From positions 1 through 46,575 of the forward strand of contig NW_021834690.1 of assembly GCF_006345805.1 (NCBI RefSeq): a stretch of 46,575 bases of DNA, given 5' to 3'. The DNA is from Octopus sinensis (Eukaryota). Numbering within the stretch: the first letter of the stretch is position 1; each line of letters starts with the position of its first letter. The position numbers and the translations under genes were made by a program. The notes under the pieces were generated by a model. That model did no database searches, was not told where the DNA came from, and saw only the letters and a program-made list of their open reading frames with translations. Of the stretch, positions 1-12,800 are shown piece after piece.

Positions 1-688
1 TACAGGTTGTAGTGAGGGTGGTGATATTGATGGCGGTGGTGTATGGGTATTGGTAATGATAAGGGTGGAGGCGGTGATGGTTAGAGTGCTTTCAAACAAC
101 GACTTTAAATCACGGAATGTTAGAGAAAGAGAGAGAGAGAGAGTGTGTGTGTTTGTGTGCGTGTATATGTTTGTGTGTATATATGCTTGTGTATATATGT
201 GTGTATGTGAGCGAAATGATCAGCGAACAAGCGGGTGGAAAAGAAGGAAAGCGAGAACGAAAGAGAGCGTGACAGGTAGTCTGTTGCCGCCAAAACATCG
301 CATCCGACGTTTTGGCGGCGAGATTGGCCCTCAACCAACACTTCAACGCCAAACACGAAGGGTGTGCTGTCAGAACTAGGATGCGTGCTCTAAGGAACGA
401 AGGTGTTGGAGCCGCGAGAGAGGCCTGGGTGGCAGAGGCGCAACAGGGCAACAAATCCACCATTCGGGGTGCGCGAATTGCTCGAGCCAAGTAAAATGTG
501 TGAGTCCTTTCAACAGCATCTTGTCCGACTGTTCGGGACGAGTGGCGGGCAAGAACGTAGGGTGGACTTCAGTGCCTACCTACACAGCCTACCACGACTC
601 TCGACAAGAGAGGCAGTACGCTGCGAAGGTGCCATCACGGCGGCGGAAGTGCAGGACGCGATGGCAGAATGCTCAAGGGACAAATCGC

Positions 689-2055
689 GGATCTTTTCAT
701 TTGTGAAGCCAGCTTTTCCAAATTTTTCCTACTGAACCAAACAATTTGAAACTTCGTTTAACATTGTTTAATAATTAGAATTTTAACCAATGGTATTCCG
801 TCTTTCGGCTTCATATTATTTACTCCGTCTCGACCACCAATTTGGTGACGTAGTAAACATATGGTATGTAAACAAATGTAAACAAAACAATAACGATGAA
901 ATTTTTTACTCGGTGTATGTGTATATGTATGAATGTATGTATGTATGAATGTATGTATGTATGTGTGTATGTATCTATATATGTGTGTGTGTGTGTGTGT
1001 ATGTGTGTGTATGTGTGTGTATGTATGTATGTATGTATGTATGGCCGATTCGGTGATTAGTTTTTTCGAGTGAATACTCGGTGTATGTGTATCTGTATGT
1101 ATGTGTGTGCATGTGTGTGTGTGTGTATGTATCTATGTATGTGTGTGTGTGTGTATGTGTGTGTATGTATGTGTGTGTGTGTATGTATGTATGTATGGCC
1201 GATTCAGTGTTTAGTTTTTTCGAGTGAATACTCGGTGTATGTGTATCTGCATGTATGTGTGTGTGTGTGTGTGTATGTATCTATGTATGTATGTGTGTGT
1301 GTGTATGTATGTATGTATGGATCAAAACAGTTTGATTCAAATTCTGTGGTACTTATATATTCATACATACATATACATGTAGATGTATATAACATATATA
1401 TATATTGAATGTAAACATCTTTTATAAATATATATAATTCATGCATCTATAATACACACACATTATAAATATATACACATATATGCATATGCATTAGAAT
1501 ATGTGTGTATAGGTGTATATATATATATATATGCATATGTTTGTATACATGTGTGTGTGTGTGTATAAAAATAAATAATTTAACACTCATTTTATATATA
1601 CTCAGGATCTACACAAATTTTATATATACTCCACGAAGTTCAAAAGGTAAAAATCCGGTATTTTAAATTTTTGTTGCATTTCTAATCTTTCTGATGTCTA
1701 AGGATGGATATTTATGCGTATGAATCTTTTTCTTTTTATTTTGTTTCAAATATAATTCTAGGGAACTGAAAAACTCTGTACGATTACGATGAGCCAAGCC
1801 AATGTTTACATTTTGACAAAATTGCTTTCTACGTCACAGTTAACACTACGCAGATAAGTTCACATAAATACAGACAATACGATTGGCTAAAGTTCGCAGT
1901 TTTAATCTACGATTAAAGTCATAAAATAGATTTTTCTCAAATAAACTAGTTCCAAATTGTGTCTTGTTTTGAGACACTCTACGAGTACACGAAGTTTCAA
2001 ATTATTTAGTTAACTAGAAAGATCTGCGGTCCTGGCCACGATATTGAAAAGATCC
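689..2055. mobile_element. Non-autonomous TIR DNA transposon with 8-bp TSD, interior rich in microsatellites
   Basis: TIR GGATCTTTTCA (689-699) and TGAAAAGATCC (2045-2055). TSD CAAATCGC at 681-688 and 2056-2063. Removing it restores the LINE frame. Confidence 0.85.
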
Positions 2056-2068
2056 CAAATCGCCGGGT

Positions 2069-3454
2069 TTGGATGGTCTACCCTACAAGCTTTACAGTGG
2101 TATGCCAGACTTGTTTGGAGACGTCTTGGCAGCGGTGTACTGCAACTGGCAGCAAAACGGGAGCATTTCTGGTTTTGTGAGCCGAGGAGCCGTAACACTG
2201 CTGAAGAAAGATCTAAACAAGGGGAATGTAATAGATAACTTTAGGCCCATCACTCTGCTTAATGCAGACTTGAAAATTTTGGCCAAGGTGTTAGCCAAGA
2301 GGTTGGCGCTTGTCATCGAGAAACCGGTCGACAAGGCGCAAACGTGCGCCGTGCCGGGCCGGACCATCCATGACAACCTCCACCTGATGCGCTACATCAT
2401 AGACAGGGTAGTTAACGAACCTGGCATGGGTGGGGCGCTGATCAATTTGGATCAATCGAAAGCTTTCGATAGGGTAGACCATCGATACTTGGAGGCTGTC
2501 CTCAGAGCGGCTGGCTTTGCTCCCGTCTTCCGCGGTTGGATAGCCGCTTTGTACAGAGGCATCCGTCCGGTAATTCGCGTAAATGGACATCTATCGAGAC
2601 CTTTCGACATTGCACGTTCGGTTCGTCAGGGGTGCCCCCTCTCGTCGCTTCTATACGTATTGACTCTCGAGCCATTATTGCGGAAGCTGTCAACTCTGAG
2701 GGGCATCCCGCGAGAATTGGGATGCGGGACGAGCGTGTCTGCATACGCGGACGACGTCACCGTCATAGTGTCTAGCCACGAGCACATCGAGCAGGTCGGC
2801 GAGACATTAAAAAACTACGAAGCGGTGACAGGAGCGAAAATCAACCGGGAAAAGTCAGTGGGCTTGCGACTAGGCACCTGGAGAAGCAAGCCCATGCCGT
2901 CCACCAGCGCCTCCGTTGTGGGACGCTGGACCGACGGTCCGGACGAGTTGTTCGGGGTCTGGTTCGGTCCGGACCTCCAAATGGAGAAGAACTGGAACGA
3001 GATAACGAGTAGGGTGGTCACTCTCGCCCGGCAATGGGCCGAGAGGAAACTGTCCCTAAAAGGTCGGGCGGAGGTGGCGAACACGTACATCGCGTCCGTC
3101 ATCTACTACCGCCTGACCGTCGTACCTTGTCCCGACCCTACCATCATCAAACCAGAACGCATTCTCTTTCGCTTCTTGTGGAAAGGATGCGTCCCGATGG
3201 TCAGGCGATCCATTTGCTGTAAACACCCGTTAAAAGGAGGACTGGGCATGCCGTGGTTGATGATGCGCAGACACGCGCTGAGACTGCGACATCTCAGGCT
3301 CTATGTAGACGACGGTGAACAGGTGTGGTCGCCGTTTGTGAGGCACGCTTTCCCGCAGCTCGACTCCATGACCGAACTGCAGTCGTGGATCAAAAAGAGG
3401 TCGAGGAAGGGCGAATGGCACCGCGAGTGTCGCGTTGCTCTCAAGCAACTCTGA
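2069..3454 (+). CDS. LINE ORF2 reverse transcriptase domain (open fragment of a truncated element)
   Basis: Motifs DNFRPITLLNADLKILAK, LINLDQSKAFDRVDH, VRQGCPLS, YADD and YLG-like LFGVWF. Confidence 0.85.
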   Translation: MDGLPYKLYSGMPDLFGDVLAAVYCNWQQNGSISGFVSRGAVTLLKKDLNKGNVIDNFRPITLLNADLKILAKVLAKRLALVIEKPVDKAQTCAVPGRTIHDNLHLMRYIIDRVVNEPGMGGALINLDQSKAFDRVDHRYLEAVLRAAGFAPVFRGWIAALYRGIRPVIRVNGHLSRPFDIARSVRQGCPLSSLLYVLTLEPLLRKLSTLRGIPRELGCGTSVSAYADDVTVIVSSHEHIEQVGETLKNYEAVTGAKINREKSVGLRLGTWRSKPMPSTSASVVGRWTDGPDELFGVWFGPDLQMEKNWNEITSRVVTLARQWAERKLSLKGRAEVANTYIASVIYYRLTVVPCPDPTIIKPERILFRFLWKGCVPMVRRSICCKHPLKGGLGMPWLMMRRHALRLRHLRLYVDDGEQVWSPFVRHAFPQLDSMTELQSWIKKRSRKGEWHRECRVALKQL

Positions 3455-4127
3455 CGTCCCGGGTCGACATTGAGTGACTCCATCACAACCCAAACATTCT
3501 ATAGGGGATTAGTGGAGGAGAGATACGACGACGAGCTCGAGGCGAACCTGGACGTCGACGAGGAATACCTGACCCGCCTGTTCGGGACGACTTTCGGGCC
3601 AGGGCCCATGGACAACTTCCAGAGATCCCTGGCCTGGCAGTACTACCGAGAAGCACTACCCGTTCGGGATAAGCTCTACAGATACGGCTCGAGAAACGGG
3701 GCCGACCTGCCCGAGATGCGGTCAGAGCGACGAAATCGTTCTGCACGCAATCGTGCAGTGTCCAACAATTTCCGACCTGTGGGCTTACGTCGAACAACTG
3801 CTGTCACGTGTGGGACGAGTCGGTTTATCAGCTGAGTCTATCGTCAATATTGTCACGCCTCCTTCATTCAAACGGGAAGGAAGAGCTATTTTTATCATCC
3901 TTGTGGCTATGGCGAAATAATGTATCTGGTGGACGCGTCTGAAAGGATTGGAGACAAACACTTTCCTCTCTGGTCAACCTCTCATCAACTTCTTCAAGTA
4001 CCACTTGAAAAGGAAAGTGAGAGTAGAGAGGCAAGTTTTGTCTAGCGAATGTTTTAAAAAAAGAAGGGTGAATGTAGCAAGGATGGCACGTATGAATGAC
4101 GAAGCCACCTTGAGCATAATCCTATGA
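3455..4127 (+). pseudogene. Frameshifted ORF2 C-terminus with CCHC zinc finger
   Basis: Frames join to give YREALPVRDKLYRYG..PTCPRCGQSDEIVLHAIVQC; a stop and frameshifts are present. Confidence 0.8.
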
Positions 4128-4503
4128 ACCCAGAAATTGAAAACAGAGGGTTACCCACTTGCAAACAAATGTGGTAACATATAACAATATTGACCGAGGT
4201 TACCGTGGTCTTTTTCGTAGGCTTTTCTTCCCACGGATAAACCTTATCTGCTTCCCCCTTTACACCGTACATCATGACACTGTGATACACGATCCCTATT
4301 GATCGTTTTTTCCTCTTCCCTTTTTTTCTTCTTTTTTCTTTTTTTCTTTTCTTTTGTTTCTTTTCCTTTTTTCTTTTTTCCCTTTTACGATCCCTTTTGA
4401 TCGAAAACCTACGCCATTTTTTTTTTCATCCCCCAAAAGAAAAGCTCTACCTTGTAATTTGTCCTGTCTGTGTGCAGCCCTGTGTGGCTAGTAAAGAAAC
4501 ATA

Positions 4504-4504
4504 A

Positions 4505-4603
<99 letters not shown>

Positions 4604-4614
4604 ACTATCTATCT
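4504..4614 (+). repeat. (TATC)n tract between LINE copies B and C
   Basis: About 27 near-perfect CTAT units. Confidence 0.95.
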
Positions 4615-7600
4615 CTCTGGACAGACAGACGCAAGTCAAATGGGCTCCCAGTAAGTTGGTCATTTTATACGTCCAAAAGTATTTATTGTTAATTATTTTG
4701 TATTTAAAAGTTGTGCAACAACATCCGCTGCAAACTTTGACTAATATCCACACAAAATTTCGCCCTTTGTGGGCAAAATTTTTAAAATTCTCGTAAGCCT
4801 CGTGTTGTATTTTAGCCATTTTTATTTTCAAAAATGGCTACTGGTCACCACGAGGCGGAGGCGCAACTGAAGCATGACGCCAAAACAATAAAACAGGGTG
4901 CCCTGTCATCATGCGCAGAACTTGACTGTGTAAACATTACTTACACCACCACCATCAGCATCGACAACAGCAACAAATACAAAACAAAGGTCGCAAGGCC
5001 AAGCACCGACATCGCCACCAGTGATTCCACCACCATAGCAGCATCTGCTACTACAACTGCTATCGACACCGCTACCAATAACAATACCAACATCACCATC
5101 ACCGCCACCAAAGACCGTGCCGTCAATGCCTCCCTTGCTACCACCGCCGTCACCAAGAACGGCAATAACAACAACAATTCTCTTCAGCCACTGCTCACTC
5201 CATCACCAACAAGTGAAGTGAGGTAAAAATAACAACGACAATCAAACGAAGCGCCGAAATTTGCGCTAATGCAGGTCCAAATTACGCAGACAATTTTCCA
5301 CTCCTTGCTAGTTGCATAATCATCAACCACAAACCTAATACACCCACAACCCACACCCCTGCCATCAACACCACCGGCAGTAACAACAATAACAAAACAA
5401 CAACAAACTTCGCCGAGGCGATAAAAGAAAAAATGACAAAAGTATCTTTTACTGTACAGCAAATAAAAGACTGCAGAGCCCTAATCACGGAAGAAAACGG
5501 CAAAATACACTTACACATACCACAACACATACTGAATGAGGAAAAAAAGAAAACGGTTATTTATAAAATAACAAACAAAACAACTAAAAGTCCAGAAAAG
5601 GCAAGCACGGACAAAATAGAAAAGTGCCTACGCCCCATCTTGGGATACAAGGATTATGTGACTTGGGCGAACAAGTTCGCCCACGTACAGCTGGTTTTTC
5701 AGAATGAAGAATTGGCTAAGAAATTCTCAACGATAACCCTTCATTCTGATGAACTAACGATGACACCAAGTTACCTTGGCCAGAAGGTGACGAAGGTCAA
5801 TATCAATAATGTCCCCCAAGAAACAAACACACTATGGATAACATCCGCCATAACATCCGAAATGGAGGACTTAAACATCCTGGATATCGCTGTTTCGAAA
5901 CACAAGGACTGGCTGGGAAAGAGAATGGAGTTCCTCTTCCACATAAGCCAAGACGACATTAACAGAATTCCCACCCACGTACATCTTGCGGATGGCCGCA
6001 AGTTGTACGTAGTAGTTGAGGGCAGAAGGCCACGCTGCTATACATGTGGCAGTGAGGCACACCTCAAAAAGGAGTGCAAATCTGCCGCTAAATCACAACA
6101 ACAACAACAGCCACAGGAAAAACCACAAAAGCCAGCATTATTGCCCACACCACAATATGGACGGCTAGTCAAGTAGCTGTATGCAGAAATGCATGAAAAA
6201 CAACAAAGAACAGGCCAACCCAACCAAACAACACCAACACCAGCGCCAAGAACAGAATCATCACCACCAACAACAACTAAACCAATTCCAACACCGAGAA
6301 TGACAACGAAGAAGACAAGCACCAAGGATGTAGGAGAGACAACCACCACACCAAACCCCCCAGCAACACCCTCCACGCGCACCACAACAATATCTACAAC
6401 CGCACAAACAGACCCAGACGCTTTACCCTTACCCCCTGCTGATTCGTCAGACTTTTCATCTAACGATGAAAGTTCGACAGAATGGCAAATAGCCACCGGG
6501 GGTAAAAGAAAAAGATCAAAAAAGACCAAACAAGAAAACGCAACCAAAGCAGGGAGATACCTGAACCCTGAAAACCCCATACACAACCAAACAAGCACCA
6601 ACACCACAAAAACACACACAATGCTATCAGCGATAGACACAAAAGACTCCAAACTAATGGAGTACATCACAGCCCACACAAACATCTGTGAAGATGACTT
6701 CAAAACTAACAACCATCCACACACTACACCACCCAAACACATCAAAATACTACACATCACACAGACAGAACACCACACACTCAAAGCCCTCTTTCCAAAT
6801 GCTGTGGGGGGTTTCCAAAAATATCTATCTCAAAACCTCTACAAAAACATCCTCCAAGACACATCAAAGAACGAGGAAGCGGTGCTACCGAGAAGCGCTA
6901 CCCGTTCGGGATAAGCTCTACAGATACGGCTCGAGAAACGGGGCCGACCTGCCCGAGATGCGGTCAGAGCGACGAAATCGTTCTGCACGCAATCGTGCAG
7001 TGTCCAACAATTCCCGACCTGTGGGCTTACGTCGAACAACTGCTGTCACGTGTGGGACGAGTCGGTTTATCAGCTGAGTCTATCATTAATATCGTCACGC
7101 CTCCTTCCTTCAAACGGGAAGGAAGAGCTATTTTTATCATACTTGTGGCCATGGCGAAAGAATGTATCTGGTGGACGCGCCTGAAAGGATTAGAGACAAA
7201 CACTTTCCTCTCTGGTCAATCTCTCATCAACTTCCTCAAGTATCACTTGAAGAGGAAAGTGAGAGTAGAGAGGCAAGTTTTGTTTAGTGAATGTTTTAAA
7301 AAAAGATGGGTGAATGTAGCAAGGATGTTACGTATGAATGACGAAGCCACCTTGACTATGATTCTATGAACCGTGAAAATTAATAAAAAAGAAATATAAC
7401 ATGTGACTTCATTGACCGAGGTTACCGTGGTCTTTTCCGTAGGCTTTTCTTTCCACGGGTAAACCTCACCTGTCCTCCCCTTTACACTTCATATTGACAT
7501 TTCTGTGATAACGATCCCTATTGATCAATTTTTCCTCTCCCTTTTTTAATTTTTTAAAAATCCCCCCTATTTTGTCCTCTTTCTTTCCTTTTACGATCCC

Positions 7601-7706
7601 TTTTGATCGACCCCCCCTTTTTTTACCTCCAAAAGAAAAGCTCTACCTTGTAATTTGTTCTATCTGTGTGCAGCCCTGTGTGGCTAATAAAGAAACATAT
7701 CTATCT
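4615..7706 (+). mobile_element. Internally deleted Tx1-like element (copy C): 5' UTR, ORF1, last ~0.5 kb of ORF2, 3' UTR
   Basis: ORF1 homologous to copy D joins at about 6880 directly to the ORF2 CCHC region. It ends in GCCCTGTGTGGCTAATAAAGAAACATATCTATCT like the other copies. Confidence 0.85.
4834..6880 (+). pseudogene. ORF1 (gag-like) with CCHC zinc knuckle, disrupted
   Basis: RCYTCGSEAHLKKEC (CX2CX4HX4C) with Thr/Asn-rich and Pro/Thr-rich linkers. Frameshift between 5226 and 5433; in-frame TAG at 6174-6176. Confidence 0.8.
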
Positions 7707-7897
7707 ACGGACGTGCTGTCCGTTCGGCTCCGAAGGTAATCGTTTATTTTGACTATTTATAGCCCATATTTTGTGTACATTTTTGCAAATGTAAGGCACC
7801 CAACTTTCGTCTGAGTGCTTTTCCAAGGGAGGAATTCGCCCCTAGGGGCAGTTTCAACCCCATTTCATTTCTGTAATTTTCTTCTCGACATTAGAAA

Positions 7898-9736
7898 ATG
7901 TCGAGAAATTTTATTGTAGAACGCTGGTCGCGTTCCTTTATGGACCAGCATTTTCCTAGTTTGGAAACGCTAGGAGAAGAAAAAAAGATCTCATGCACGC
8001 AAAGTGCAAACATGAATAACGGTGGTATGAACGCTGCAACCACGTGCGGTAACAGCCCTGTCACCACCACTACCACCACCACCACCACTAACAACAACAA
8101 CAACGAAACTTCTACTGCTACCACCACCACCACCACTACCACCACAACCAAGATAAATGATAAAAATAAAACTCACGCGAATACTATTAAGAAAAACAAC
8201 AACAACAACAAGAAAAACAATAAAAATGAACTATCTAATAGTGAAGATGTTAATACAAAAAAATCAACAACACCAGTAAATTTCGCTGACACTCTGCGTC
8301 AGAAGAAAGAGATTGTAACATTTACAAATGAAGAGCTCATAGAAACGAGAGCTCTCTTTACAACCCATGGGCAAAATTTAGTGCTACATACACCTCAACA
8401 CATAAAGCAAGAAATAAAAAATAAGACAATTATATATAAAATTATAAGAAAAAACAAAAAAACTAAATGAACAGATTACAAAAACAGATGTAGAAAAATG
8501 CTTAAAAAACATAATGAAAGAAAAAGAATATATAAACTGGGGTCCTCAGTTTAACACAGTAGTGGTCCGCTTCCCTAACCAGGAAGTGGCAAAAGCTCAC
8601 TCTACTGAGTCTCTGGGAAATGATGAAATCATCATGGTCCCATACTATAAAAACCAGAGAGTGAGTCGAATCACTATTAAAAATGTACCTCCCGAGATTC
8701 CTAACAAATGGATAACAGGGGCAATCTGTTACCATTTAAAAAATATCAACATTTTGGAAACCGCCGTGTACCTTGGCGACAATTGGGGTGGGAAGACAAT
8801 AGTGGTGACCATACAGATTGAGGGGGCCTCTATCGAGAGCCTACCGGATAAGATCCACTTGGAAAATGGGCAATGCCTATATGTTGTAGCAGAAGGCAAA
8901 AAGCCTAGATGCTACAACTGTGGCAGCCCCGAACATTTAATTGCCAAGTGCGCTCAGGTACAGAAAAAACAAGAAAGAACAAATCAGAAAACAAATAAAA
9001 AACCCTTGTTGCCAACACCAACACCAACACACTCAATTATGGAACAATGCCAAGAAAAACAACAAACCAGCAAACAAACCCCAACAACATCACCAAGAAA
9101 AGAAACAGTACCAACACAATCACCGTTGACGTCATAACCAATTAAACATGTTGAATCAACAAAAAATAGACCAACACCCACACCGAGGACGACAATTAAA
9201 AAGACAGAAAACAGTGACGAGAAAGACAAATTCTACCCCTAACACGACAACAACACAAACACCGCACAAAACATCAACAATTTCTACAAGCATACATATG
9301 AACCCAAATGCTTTGCCTCTACCCCATACTGATACGTCGGACGACGAAAGTTCGACGGAATGGCAAATAGCCACAGGGGGTAAAAGGAAAAGATCCAAAA
9401 AATCCATCAAACAAGGACAACATCCCCCTAGACAATCAAAAAAGCAATGAACCCGTAAAACCACACACACAACTAACTGCAATAGACATAGACAATAAAG
9501 AATTAATGGACTACATCACATCCAACACGGACATCTGTGAAGATGACTTTAAGACAAACAATCATCCGCACACCACACCACCGAAACACATCAGAATTTT
9601 ACACATAACACAAGCACAACACCACATACTGAAAACAATATTTCCGAATGCGGTAGGCGGGTTTCAACGATACCTGTCGAAAAAACTATACAAACATCTC
9701 ATCAAAAACAATACAAAAGTAGAAGAAAAAAAATGA
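7898..9736 (+). pseudogene. ORF1 of copy D, zinc knuckle, frameshifted
   Basis: RCYNCGSPEHLIAKC. Shares SSTEWQIATGGKRKRSKK and the ICEDDFKTNNHPHTTPPKHI block with copy C. Split into four ORF pieces. Confidence 0.8.
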
Positions 9737-9811
9737 AACTTTTAAAATGAGTGACCTCCCCTCTTGCCTCTTGTCTCTTCTAATGTAGTGTGTAAAACAC
9801 AATTTTCGTAA

Positions 9812-12800
9812 ATGTCAAGTATGCTCAAATTAGGTTGTGTGAATGCGCGTGGCTTGGCGTCGGCTTGGAAGCAAGGTTACTTTCTAAACGACATCAAGTC
9901 ACTGAACGTGGATATAGTAGCTATCAGTGAAACCAGACTCAGTAAGCCGCGGGCCCTCGAGTCCATGTTTGGCAATCAATTTGACATTTATTTTTCTCCC
10001 TGTCTGCCGAACATGGGTGGTGGAGGTACCGCGGTGCTTTTTCGAAAGAGTCTAAATGTAAAAGTAAGAGCTATATTCCTAGACCCAAAATGTGTGTGCA
10101 TCCCGTCTGATGGCAGTTTATGCACCGTCCTTAACGGGTCGGGCGGATTTCTTCAGACGTCTAGAGGTTTTCCTGGGTACGTCTAGACCTTTACTGTTAG
10201 TAGGGGATTGGAACGCTACCTTAGACACGCATCTAGATTATGTGGGAAGGGATAGGAATAGAAGGGGGTGTGAGAGCCTCAAAGACCTGCTCAGACGTTT
10301 CCATTTGTCTGACAGGTTCCGACTCGACCATCCGAACGTGCCAACGTGGACTTGGACAAACCGCGTCGGATCGTCGAGATCTTATCTAGATAGAATTCTA
10401 TGCAGGACAGCGGATAGGGATAGTGTAGGATGTCCACAATTTAAAATAGTCAGCTACACAGATCACAAATTTGTTACGTGTACGCTCGACTTAGATAAAA
10501 CACATAGGCAGGGTCCCGGTTACTGGAAACTGAACACGTCGCTGTTAGCGCGACAGATTTACAGGAACCGGATTAGCGAGTTAATTAAGAGGGCGCTGAC
10601 GGGAGCCGTCGTTAACAACCGCTGGTGGTACGCCCTGAAAATGGCAATAAAATCGGAATCAATTAGGTTTAGCACGGAATTAGCGATAGAACGAAATAGA
10701 GTAGAGGGAGACTTGGTTAAGAAACTAGAAGAGGCACTTACCACTGGCAGCGCAACCAACGTGCTGGCTGCGAGGATGGCCCTCGACCAACACCTCAACG
10801 CCAAGCACGAAGGTTGCGTCGTCAGAGCTAAAATGCGTGCCTTAAGGAAGGAAGGGATCGAAGCTGCTCGAGAGGCCCGGGTAGCGGAGGCGCAGCGTGG
10901 CAACAGAGCCACATTTCGGTCTCTAATAGATCAACAGGGATGCAGTTTACTCGAACCCGAAAGGATGTGTGAGGCCTTTCAACAGCACTTTGCTCGACTG
11001 TTTGGTGCGAGTGGTGGGTCGGAACGCGGGATGGATTTCAGTGCCTACCTGACCGACCTGCCGCGGCTCTCGGCAAGAGAAGCGGAGTGTTGTGAAAGTC
11101 CCACCACAGCTGCTGACGTGTGGGATGCGATGGCGGGCTGCGCGGGGGATAAGTCGCCTGGATTGGATGGTTTACCCTACGAGCTGTATTGTCAAATGCC
11201 AGACTTGTTTGGCGACCTCTTGGCATCAGTCTACTGCAACTGGCAACAAAACGGGAGAATCCCCGGTTTCGTGAGCCGAGGTGCAGTGACGTTGCTGAAG
11301 AAAGTCCCAAACAAGGGGAATTTTATAGATAATTTCAGGCCCATCACTCTGCTCAACGCAGATTTGAAAATTTTGGCCAAAGTAATAGGCGAGAGGTTGG
11401 CGCTTGTCATTGGTAAACTGGTCGACAGGGCACAAACATGCGCCGTGCCGGTCAGAACCGTACATGACAACCTCCATCTGATGCGCTACATTGTGGACAG
11501 GGTAGTTAAGGATCCTGGCATGGGTGGGGCGCTGATAAATTTGGATCAGTCTAAAGCCTTCGATAGGGTCGACCATCGGTACTTGGCGGCCGTCCTCAGG
11601 GCGGCTGGCTTCGGTCCCGTCTTCCGCGGTTGGATCGCTGCCTTGTATAGCGGCATCCGATCGGTGATTCGGGTGAACGGTCACCTGTCGAAATCGTTTG
11701 ATATCACGCGTTCGGTCCGTCAGGGGTGTCCCCTGTCGGCGCTTCTGTATGTATTGACTCTCGAGCCGCTACTGCGGAAGCTGGCGACACTGAGGGGCAT
11801 CCCACGGGAACTGGGTTGCGGGACGATGTCACCGTCATAGTGTCGAGCGACAAACACATCCAGATGATAGGCGAGACACTAAGAAAATACGAAACGGTGA
11901 CGAGAGCAAAGATTAACCCGGAAAAGTCAGTGGGTTTGCTACTCGGCACCTGGAGAAGCAAGCCCATGCCGTCCGACTGCGGATCAGTAGTGGGACGCTG
12001 GACGGACGGACCGGTTAAATTGCTCGGGGTCTGGTTCAGTCCGGACCTCCAAATGGATAAGAACTGGGACAAGATCACGAGTAGAGTGGTCGCTCTCAGC
12101 CAAGCATGGGCCGAGAGAAAGTTGTCTCTAAAAGGCCGGGCGGAGGTGACAAACGCGTACATCGCATCCGTCATCGATTACCGCCTGACCGTCGTACCTT
12201 GTCCCGACGCCACCATCACCAAATTGGAACCCACACTCTTCCGCTTCAAGTGGAAGGGTGACGTTCCGATGGTGAGGAAGTCCATTTGCTGTCAACATCC
12301 GTTGAATGGAGGACTGGGCATGCCGTGGTTGATGATGCGCAGGCATGAGCTGAGACTGCGACATCTCTGGAACTTCATCGACGACGGTGAACAGGTGTGG
12401 GCGCCGTTTGTGAGGCGCGACTTCTCGCAGCTCGTCTCACTGACCGAACTGCAAACGTGGATCAAAAAGAGACCGAAACTGGGCGATTGGCACCGAGAGT
12501 GTCGCCAAGCTCTACAGCAGCTCTGCCGACCGGGGTCAAACTTGTGCAACTTACAAACGACTAAAGCGTTCTATTGAGGCTAGTGGAGGGGAGGTCCGAC
12601 GACACACTCGGGGCAAACCTGGGCGTCGACGAGAATTCCTAACCCGCCTGTTCAGGACGACGTTCGGGCCGGGGCCTATGGATAACTTCCAGAAATCCCT
12701 GGCTTGGCAGTGCTATCGAGACGCACTACCTGTTCGAGAGAAGAGCTACAGACACGGTTCGAAAACCATCACCGGACCGACCTGCCCGAGATTCGGTCAG

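Larger units (their letters stand above)
296..4505 (+). mobile_element. 5'-truncated Tx1/L1-clade non-LTR retrotransposon (copy B), split by a DNA transposon at 689-2055
   Basis: 296-688 aligns by eye with ORF2 of copy D (about 10760-11150). The coding text resumes at 2056 across an 8-bp duplication (...DKS|PGLDGLP), then RT, the CCHC region, a T-rich 3' UTR and a (TATC)n tail. Confidence 0.9.

Noticed and set aside
7707-7740. Possible HDV-like ribozyme at the LINE 5' end (two small hairpins)
   Set aside because: Could not build the nested double pseudoknot, and copy C lacks an equivalent.
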